A stretch of DNA of 64,000 nucleotides from Mobula hypostoma (lineage: Eukaryota): positions 51,090,001 through 51,154,000 of the forward strand of contig NC_086108.1 in assembly GCF_963921235.1 (NCBI RefSeq), given 5' to 3'. The position numbers and the translations under genes were made by a program. Below the pieces are notes generated by a model. The model made no database searches and was not told where the DNA came from. It saw nothing but the letters and a program-made list of their open reading frames with translations. Numbering within the stretch: position 1 is the first letter of the stretch; every line of letters begins with the position of its first letter. Below, piece after piece: positions 54,779 through 64,000 of the stretch.

Positions 54779-56095
54779 CCGGTGTCCCTCGCTTTTTGAA
54801 CGTTCGCTTTACGAAACCTCACTGTTACGAAAGACCTACATTTGTACCCTGTTTTCGCTAACAGAAGGTGTTTTCACTGTTACGAAAAAAGCAGCGCGCG
54901 ATAAAAGGCAGCGTGCGCCCCGAGCAGCCGCTCTCCCCCGGATTCGGAACAGCATTCTCACCGACATTGCTTAAACACGTCTGTGAGCAGCCGTTTGCAA
55001 GCTGAGTTCTATGGTATCGGAAAAGCCTGAAAGAGCTCGTAAGGGTGTTACATTTAGCGTAAAACTAGATATAATTAAGCGTTTTGATCGTGGTGAACGA
55101 AGTAAGGTCTAAGGGAGTTTGGCTTGTGGAAGCTGATGTTGAAGAGGTTTTGGCATCCCATGACCAAGAGCTGATAGATGAAGAGCTGATGCAGTTGGAA
55201 GAGGAAAGGATAACAATCGAAACCCAACTGTATGATAGAAAAATGCGCGAGGCTCAGCAATCAAACAAGCCTTCCACATCAGCCACAGCACATGACGAAC
55301 CTCGACCTTCGACATCGAGGCGGGCAGTCATAGGAGAAGATGAGCTGCCTGCTCTAATGGAAACAGACGACAAGATGACACTCCAGTGTCCCACCACCCC
55401 AACACCCAGGCCGCGGACAGATACCAATTCGCGGAGAATGCATCTGGGCTGACAATTACGGGCCGGGCGGCACCTAATTAATTAGCATGTTTATTTTTGC
55501 TTTTTTCTTAAAGATGTGCTGGATGCGCCCCGGCTACCGCTGTACCACTGCATGCTTCGCGGCAATGTATCGCTCGGCGGCCTGGAGGGTGGGGGCCACT
55601 GCACCACCCAAACTCCGACAAGTCTAACACACCACCATCAGTGTGCTCCGCGCTTTCCCAATTCCGGTAAGTGATACTACACTGTACATACATTATTTCT
55701 ACTTTATATTGGCTGTGTATTTTTACGTGTTATTTGGTATGATTTGGCAGCTTCATAGCTTAAAGTTTACTGGAGAGCGCTTGCGCCGTGCTTTTGCCAA
55801 CGGCGCTTGCATGAGATTTTCACTACGGAGAACAGTTCAGGCAATGATTGTGGAAAAGTATTTCTACTTTATATAAACTGTGTATTTATCATATCATTCC
55901 TGCTTTTACTATATGTTACTGTTATTTTAGGTTTTATGTGTTATTTGGCATGATTTGGTAGGTTATTTTTGGGTCTGCAAACACTCACAAAATTTTCCCA
56001 TATAAATAAATGGTAATTGCTTCTTCGCTTTACGACATTCCGGCTTACAAACCGTTTCACAGGAACGCTCTACTTCGGATGGCGGGGGAAACCTG
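54779..56095 (+). mobile_element. Internally deleted non-autonomous derivative of the Tigger family at 38943
   Basis: TA at 54777-54778 and 56096-56097; same termini; retains transposase 5' start and C-terminal patches (VEEVLASHDQELIDEELMQL, YDRKMREAQQS, DEPRPSTSR) but lacks the DDE domain. Confidence 0.9.
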
Positions 56096-56751
56096 TACAA
56101 GGAGTATTGTAGGTAAGGTAGGTGAATGTTTGATGGTGCTGGACAATTAGAGCATGGATAAGGATGTGGAATTATGATGTTGCAACCATTAGTGATACTT
56201 GGTTGCGGGAGGGCAAGACTAGCAACTCAATGTTCTCAGTTTCTGTTGTTTCAGAGATGATAGGGGAGGTACTAATGGAGGGTTGGCATAACTCATCAGG
56301 ATTATATGTCATACAGTGACCAGAGAGGACATAGTGGCGCACCCATCTGCTGAGGCAATATGAGTGAAACGGAGGACGAAGAAAGGAATGACCACGTTTG
56401 TTGGGTGTATATTATAGACCTCCCAGTAGTCAATGGGATTTAGAGGAGCAAATTTGTAGAGACAGCAGACAGTTGCAAGAAAAATAAAACTGTGATGGTA
56501 GGTGATTTTAACTTTCCACATATCAACTGGGATTCCCATATTGTAAAAGGACTGGATAGGATAAGGTTTGTCAAATGTGTTCAGGAAAATTTCGTTAATT
56601 ATTACGTATATGTCCCATCTAGAGAGGGCATGATGCAGGATCTCCTCTTAGGGAATGAGACAGAGAAGTAAGAGAAGTGGGTGTAGTGGAAAACTTTAGA
56701 TCTAGTGATCATTATTCCATTAGTTTCAAGATAATTATAGAGAAGGATAGT

Positions 56752-57027
56752 TTTCAGCGATTCAGGAACAGCTTCTTCCCCTCTGACATCTGATTCCTAA
56801 ATGGACATTGAATCCTTCGACACTACCTTACTTTTTTTAATATACAGTATTTCTGCTTTTTTGCATGTTTTTAAAATCTATTTGATATATGCATACTGTA
56901 ATTGATTTACTTACTTTTCTTTTTTCTTTTTTTTCCCCTCTTCTATATTATGTATTGCATTGAACTGCTGCTGCTAAGTTAACAAATTTCACATCACATG
57001 CTGGTGATAATAAAACTGATTCTGATT
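56752..57027 (+). mobile_element. Short Rex1-like LINE 3' end inserted in CR1
   Basis: ttcaggaacagcttcttcccctctg (FRNSFFPS) ... aataaaactgattctgatt tail. Confidence 0.6.
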
Positions 57028-58720
57028 TTGGTCCTCCAATTGAGATTCTAAATTGGAGAAAGGACAATTTTGATGGCATCACAGAAGATCTGGCAGGTGT
57101 GGATTAGGATAGGTTGTTTTCCAGCAAAGGAATGCTTGATAAATAGGAGGCCTTCAAAAGTCAGATATTGAGAGTACAGATTCTGTATGTTCTTGTTAAA
57201 ATAAAAATCAAGGCTAACTGCTTTAGAGAACCTTGATTTGACGGATAGTGAGGCTCTGGTTAAAAAACAGGTGGTGCATATTAGTTATTGGCAGTTAGGG
57301 TCAAATGAGGTGCTTGAAGAGCATAAGAAATACAAAAGAACACTGAAGGGAGGGGTATAAGAGGATATGAGGTTGCTCTGGCAGACAAGGTGAAAAGAGA
57401 ACCGCAAGGGCTCCTATAGATAAACTGAATGAATTATTTTGCTTCTGTATTTACTCAGAAGACAGACACAGAGTTTAGAGAGATTAGTCAAAAGAACAGT
57501 GATATCATGGACCATATCCAGATTACATAAGAGGTACTTGCCATCTTGAAGCAAATTTGGGAGAATAAATTCCCAGGTTTATCCCAGGTTACTACACAAA
57601 ATGAGGGAACAGTGTGTGCCTTGGGTGATGACTGCATCCTCACCCACTGGTCACAGTGGTGGAGAAATAGGATTGAAGGATGAGAAATGTTCCTTTGTTC
57701 AAGAAAGGTAATAGCCTTGGGAATTATAGACCAGCAAATCTTGCATTAGTGGTGGGCAAATGATTGGAGTGGATTCTTAGAGACAATTTATGAGCATTAG
57801 GAGAAGCATCATCTGATTAGGGATAGTCAACATGGCTTTGTGAGGGGCAGGGAATGACTCACAAGCCTGATTGAATTCTTTGAGGAATTGACAGAACAAA
57901 TTAATAAAGGCAGAGCAATGGATGTTGTGTATACAGATTTTAGTAAGACATTTGACAAGGTACCCAATGGTAGGCTCAATCAGAAAATCAGGAGGCACAA
58001 GATCTAGGGAAATTTGGCTGCTTGGATTTAGAGTTGCTTGCCACAGAAAACAAAGGGTGGTAGTAGATGAGTGTATTCTGCCCAGAGGTCGGGGACTAGT
58101 AGTATCCTACAGAGATCTGTTCTGGGACCCCTGCTCCTCATGATACCTATAACTGACTTGGATGAGGAAGAGGAAGTGTAGGATAGTATGTTTGGAAATG
58201 ACACAAAAGTCGGTGGTTGGAGACAGTGCCGGAGGTTGTCATGGATTACAAAGAGATATTAATAAGATACAGAGCTAAGCTGAGACATGGCAGATGAAGT
58301 TAAATCAGGAAAAGTGTCAAGTGATTCACTCTGGAAATTTGAACTTAAAGACAGAATGCAGGGTTAATGGCAGGATTCTTAACAGTGTGGAGGAACAGAG
58401 GGATCTTGGGGTCCATGTCCATAGATCCTTCAAAGTTGCAATGCAAATTGCAAACTTTTTTTGGTACCAGTGTTTAAAGGTGCTCTAAGCTTAACAAGCC
58501 AATGACATGAAGTTTGATGTTGTTCTGGATAGTGTAGATTGTTGCAAGGGAACATTGATGGGATCCAGAACTAGGCTGAGAAGTGACAAGTGGAGTTCAA
58601 TTCAGAAATTTGTGAAGTGATACACTTTGAAAGGTTGAACTTGAAGGTAGAGTGCAAAGTTACTCGCAGATTCTTAGCATTATGAAGAAACAGTGGGATC
58701 TTGGGGTCCACATCCATAGA

Positions 58721-61700
58721 TAATAGACAATGGACAATAGGTGCAGGAGTAGGCCATTCAGCCCTTCAAGCCAGCACTGCCATTCACTGTGATCATGGCT
58801 GATCATCCACAATCAGTACCCTGTTCCTGCCTTCTCCCCATATCCCTTTACTCCATTATCATTAAGAGCTCTACCTAACTCTTTCTTGAAAGCATCAAGA
58901 GAATCGCCTCCACTGCCTTCTGAGACAGAGCATTCCACAGATCCACAGCCCTCTGTGTGAAAAAGTTTTCCCTCAACTCCGTTCTAAATGGTCTACCCCT
59001 TATTCTTAAACTGTGGCCTCTGGTTCTGGACTCCCCCAACATCGGGAACATGTTTCCTGCCTCTAGCATATCCAATCCCTTAATAATCTTATATGTTTCA
59101 ATCAGATCCCCTCGCATCCTTCTAAATTCTAGTGTATACAAGCCCAGTCTCTCCAATCTTTCAACATATGACATTCCCGCCATCCCTGGAATTAACCCAG
59201 TGAACCTACGCTGCACTCCCCCCATAGCAAGAATGTCCTTCCTCAAATTTGGAGACCAAAACTGCACACAATACTCCAGGTGGGGTCTCACCAGGGCCTT
59301 GTACAACTGCAAAAGGACCGCTTTGCTCCTATACCCAACTCCCTTTGTTATGAAGGCCAACATGCCATTAGCTTTCTTCACTGCCTACTGTACCTATATG
59401 CTTACTTTCAGTGACTGGTGAACAAGGACACCTAGATCTCGTTGTACTTCGTTTCCTAACTTGACACCATTCAGATAGCAATCTGCCTTCCTGTTCTTGC
59501 ACCCAAAGTGGATAACCTCACACTTATCCACATTAAACTGCATCTGCCATGCATCTGCCCACTCACCCAACCTATCCAAGTCATCCTGCATTATCATAAC
59601 ATCCTCCTCACATTTCACACTGCCACCCAGCTTCGTGTCATCTGCAAATTTGCTAATGTTACTTTTAATCCCTTCATCTAAATCATTAATGTATATTGTA
59701 AATAGCTGTGGTCCCAGCACTGAGCCTTGCGGTACCCCACTAGTCACTGCCTGCCATTCTGAAAGGGACCCGTTAATCCCTACTCTTTGTTTCCTGTCTG
59801 CCAACCAATTTTCTATCCATGTCAGTACCCTACCCCCAATACCATGTGCTCTAATTTTGCCACTAATCTCCTTTGTGGGACCTTATCAAAGGCTTTCTGA
59901 AAGTCCAGGTACACTACATCCACTGGCTCTCCCTTGTCTATTTTCAGAGTAACATCCTCAAAAAATTCCAGAAGATTAGTCAAACATGATTTCCCCTTCA
60001 TAAATCCATGCTGACTCAGACCGATCCTGTTACTGCTATCCAAATGTGCTGCTATTTCATCTTTTATAATTGACTCCAACATCTTCCCCACCACTGATGT
60101 CATGATAACTGGTCTATAATTCCCTGTTTTCTCTCTCTCGCTCTCCTTTCTTAAAATGTGGGATAACATTAGCAACCCTCCAGTCCTCAGGAACTGATTG
60201 TGAATCTACAGAACATTGGAAAATGATTACCAATGCATCCACGATTTCTGGTGCCACCTCCTTAAGTATCCTGGGGTGCAGACCATCAGGCCCTGGGGAT
60301 TTATCAGCCTTCAGTCCCATCAGTCTATCCAATACCATTTTCTGCCTAATGTGAATCTCCTTCAGTTCCTCCGTTACCCTAGGTCCTCCGGCCACTAATA
60401 CATCTGGGATATTGTTTGTGTCTTCCCTAGTGAAGACAGATCCAAAGTACCTGTTCAACTCGTCTGCCATTTCCTTATTACCTATAATAATTTCACCCGT
60501 TTCTGTCTTCAAGGGCCCAACTTCGGTCTTAACTAATTTTTTCTTCTTTACATACCTAAAGCTTATATATTCTTGGCTAGTTTACCTTCGTATCTCATCT
60601 TTTCTCTCCATATTGCCTTTTTAGTTATCTTCTGTTGCTCTTTACAAGTTTCCCAATCCTCTGGATTCCCGCTCATCTTTGCTATGTCATGCTTCTCTTT
60701 TATTTTTATACTGTCCTTGACTTCCCTTGTCAGCCACAGTCACCCCTTACTCCCCTTAGAATCTTTCTTCCTCTTTGGAATGAACTGATCCTGCACCTTC
60801 TGTATTATTCCCAGAAATACCTGCCACTGTTGTTCCACTGTCATCCCTGCTAGGGTATCTTTCCAGTCAACTTCGGCCAGCTCCTCCCTCATGGCTCCAT
60901 AGTCTCCTTTGTTCAACTGTAATAATGACACTTCCGATTTTCCCTTCTACCTCTCAAATTGTAGATTAAAACATCATATTATGGTCACTGCCTCCTAATG
61001 GCTCCTTTACCTTGTGTTGCCTTATCAAATCCGGTTCATTACACAACACTAAATCCAGAATTACCTTCTCCCTGGTAGGCTCCAGTACAAGCTGCTCTAA
61101 GAATCCATCTCGGAGGCACTCCACAAACTCCCTTTCTTGGGGTTGAGTACCAACCTGATTTTCCCAGTCTACCTGCATGTTGAAATCCCCCATAACAACG
61201 GTAGAATTACCTTTGCGACATGCCAATTTTAACTCTTGATTCAACTTGCACCCATATCCAGGCTACTGTTTGGGGGCCTGTAGATAACTCCCACTAGGGT
61301 CTTTTTGCCCTTACAATTTCTCAGTTCTATCCATACTGACTTTACATCTCCTGATTGTTTTTTTTTTGTAATTTATTTTTTATTGAGTTTCATCATTAAA
61401 CATTTCCATAGGATGTATTTTAGAAACTGTACATATATATCATATAATCATATTTGTCACAAATCTCCACATAATATTTATCTGAAGTACAAACTTATAG
61501 AAAGAAGAGGAAAGAAAGAACAATCGAAAGAAGAAAACTATGTACAGAGTAGGGAGCGATTGTGAGAATAAAATCAGGCCCATAAGATGTTATGTAGTTA
61601 AACCATTTTTTCCAGTATGAATAAAATTGTTCCAACTTATGATTAACAGATGTTATCTTCTCCATTTTGTAAATGTCCATTGTAATTTCCATCCATACAT

Positions 61701-63561
61701 TTAAAGTTGGGCTCTCCTGAGATAACCATTTCCTGGTAAGGATCGTTTTACCAGCCACCAGCACTACATTCATTAAATATTTATATTTATCTCTTTTCAA
61801 CCATTCTTGAGCTATATACCCAAAATATATGATCTTACTCTCTAAGTGTATTTATCTCTTAGTATATCATTGAAATTTGCAGAATATAACTTAATCGATC
61901 TACTGCCTGAACAAATAAGAACCAAGAAAAGTGAATAATAAAAAGGTAAGGAAGGTGTGGTTCCAAGGCTGCGGTCTCTACATGACTCTGAGTTGGGCTA
62001 GAAGAAAAGTCTAGCCATGGGGGATAGCCGCTCCTACCTGTGAGTTGAGGGCCCCCACTGCAGTACCTATAAAAGTAAGTTAAAAAAAACTACATCTATT
62101 ACACAGAAATGATTTCCCTGTTTATTCCTCCCATGTATATATTCTCATCTAGGTGGGGAAAAAGGAATGAATAAATGATTTTTTTTTTAAAAATTGAGTA
62201 ATATAAAATCCACATTATAACATGTATTTCTCGAGATAGGTATATCATCGTCTATTTTTGCTTCCGTTTAGTTTATCAGCACTATGAAAGTTAGCCAAAC
62301 CTTATGGCTCTTCTGGAGGAGGTGAGGGCTGCCCTCCGAGAACTGACTGTCTCTTCCTAAAATCTTTCTCTCGTCCTGTTCCCATCCCCTGCTTTCCAGG
62401 TTCTCTTACTATTTCCCAAGCAGTTCGGGATTACTGCTCAGCCAGAGTTTCCCTTGGTCTGACCATGCTAATGGGCAGTCCTCTGTTCTTCATGTCTGTA
62501 GTTGCCTCTTCCGCCGTCTGATATAGTCGTATCCCTTCTTGGTAAAAGACCCTCAAGTTTAGCAGGGTACGGGGTTTGGAATTTAATCTTTTCTTGCTTT
62601 AATATTCGTTTTGCTTTGGAATACTCCTTCCATTTCTGTAGGACCACCAGGGGGTAATCATGATCGAAGTATATTAACTTCCTGTTCCAAAACACCCTCT
62701 TCTTAACCCAGGCCCTTCGTAGAATCTCCGCCTTGCTCTTGAATTGAAGGAATCTAAGTACAATGGAGCACAGTTTACCTTCTCTGTCACCGGGAGACGC
62801 TGGACAAGCGAACCGTGCGCCCTTTCAATTTCAATCTCCATAGTCTGAGGAATCTCCAGCGCTTCCCGCAGCAGCTTGTCTGCAAAGTCCGTCATCGACA
62901 ATCCCTCCGCTCCTTCGGGAACATTATAAATCCTGATATTTTTCCATCGTGATCTTCCCTCCTGGTCAAGCAATTTACTTTCCTGTTGATTTAATATTTT
63001 TATCGTCTTACTTAGTATCTGTTCCACGTTTTGCACGAGATCTTCCATCTTCTCAATTCGAGTCTCTGCCACCGCTATTTTCTCATTGACATTGATGAGC
63101 TCTGACTTTATATCATTGAGTTGCTGCTTTATTTCTTTTTGGACTTCCCTTATCACTTCCAAAATCCTTATCATATTTGCTGCTTCGCCTGCACTAGGCC
63201 CAGCGTCAGCCTCGCCACCACACGCACGTGCAGGAGAGCCGCACGCTGTACCTCACTCTTCCATAGGCTCTTCAGTGGTGCTTTTTTTATCTCTATTCTT
63301 TCTCCCCATTCTTGCTCCCCTTATCAATTCAGGCATTTTCGAAAGATCTTATATTTGATGGATTAACTGAGTAAAATATGTGTTTTCCCAGCTATTGATT
63401 TAAGCTGCCATTCTGAACGATGACGTCACCGGAACCCCTACAATCCCTGATTCTATGTCGCCCCTCGCAAGGGACTGAATTTCATTCCTCACCAACAGAG
63501 CCACCCCACCCCCTCTACCCACCTGTCCATACTTTGGATAGGATGTATTTCCCAGCCCCGT
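58721..63561 (-). mobile_element. CR1 LINE (ATAGACA-tail family), ORF2 endonuclease to 3' end, interrupted by L1 at 61357-63438
   Basis: GGGVALLVR (63400-63582 ORF), GDFNM, KSPGPDG, DFQKAFDK, KFADDTK, LVRPHLEY. Confidence 0.92.
61357..63438 (-). mobile_element. L1-clade LINE with 5'UTR, frameshifted ORF1, only the C-terminal tip of ORF2, and poly(A)
   Basis: ORF1 coiled coil plus EGRSRWKNIRIYNVPEGAEG, IEIERAH, IYFDHDY, YPAKL; ORF2 tip ILTRKW...W...YKMEK...FYSYWKKW; poly(A) from ~61358; imperfect TSD tacatctcctgatt and tacaatccctgatt. Confidence 0.88.
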
Positions 63562-64000
63562 TCCCTCAAAGTTGCCATACAAGGTGACAGGGGGGTTAAG
63601 ATGTGTGGTGGATTGGTCTTAATCAGTTGGAGGATCAATTTCAAGAGCCGCAAGGCAGTATTGCAACTTTATAAAACTCTGGTTAGACCACACTTGGAAT
63701 ATGGTGTTCAGTTTGGGTCACCTCATTATAGGAATGATGTAGAAGCTTTAGAGGGGGTGCAGAGAAGATTTACCAGGATGCTGCATGAACTATAGAGAAT
63801 GTCTTATGAGGATAGGTTGAGCAAACTAGTGCTTTTCTCTTTGGAGTGAAAGAGGATGAGAAGTGACATAATAGAGCTGCATAAGACGATAAGAGGTGCA
63901 GATAGAGTTGGCAGCCGGACACACTTTCCCAGGGTAGAAATGGCTAACACAAGGGATCATAACTTTAAGGTACTTGGAAGGAAGCATGGGGGTGAATGTC

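Larger units (their letters stand above)
54635..58720 (+). mobile_element. Degraded CR1 ORF2 (one or two copies) hosting nested insertions; RT end resumes at ~63562-64000
   Basis: CVYFN|TRSIVGK across the Tigger derivative; GDFNFP; QRDLGVHVHRS; catagat|ccctcaaagttgcc rejoins across 58721-63561; ORF 63601 LYKTLVRPHLEY. Confidence 0.8.

Noticed and set aside
58190..58720. Apparent tandem duplication of a CR1 RT segment
   Set aside because: The two units are clearly diverged; more likely two independent CR1 copies

Overview
AT-rich vertebrate genomic DNA. The CR1/Rex1/Penelope/Tigger repeat landscape suggests a cartilaginous fish such as a ray, but that is an inference. The only host gene I can support is KIFAP3 (kinesin-associated protein 3, KAP3) on the minus strand. 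Seven consecutive 3'-half coding exons (53836-53948, 49950-50115, 43044-43169, 32483-32581, 22907-22992, 3740-3929, 307-403; 877 nt total) all have GT-AG junctions and consistent phases. The ORF track recovers only part of one of them. The upstream exons and the terminal exon lie outside the window. The introns are mostly transposable elements, often nested. They include many CR1 LINEs (one full length), Rex1/Babar-like LINEs, a degraded hAT transposon, a Gypsy RNase H plus LTR remnant, several Tigger (TcMar/pogo) elements (one with an uninterrupted ~599-aa DD32D transposase ORF), a Penelope-like element, an internally deleted L1 and tRNA-derived SINEs. The most notable items are: (1) a minimal type-I hammerhead ribozyme motif in the Penelope element, sense to the KIFAP3 pre-mRNA; (2) an in-frame CR1-endonuclease/Penelope GIY-YIG chimeric ORF created by that insertion; (3) the near-intact Tigger and its non-autonomous derivative; (4) an ORF1-only L1; (5) a Gypsy remnant with RNase H as the last domain (Gmr1-like order). 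I cannot demonstrate a new biological system from sequence alone. Family names come from recalled motifs, not database searches, and TE boundaries are approximate unless a TSD or TIR is given.
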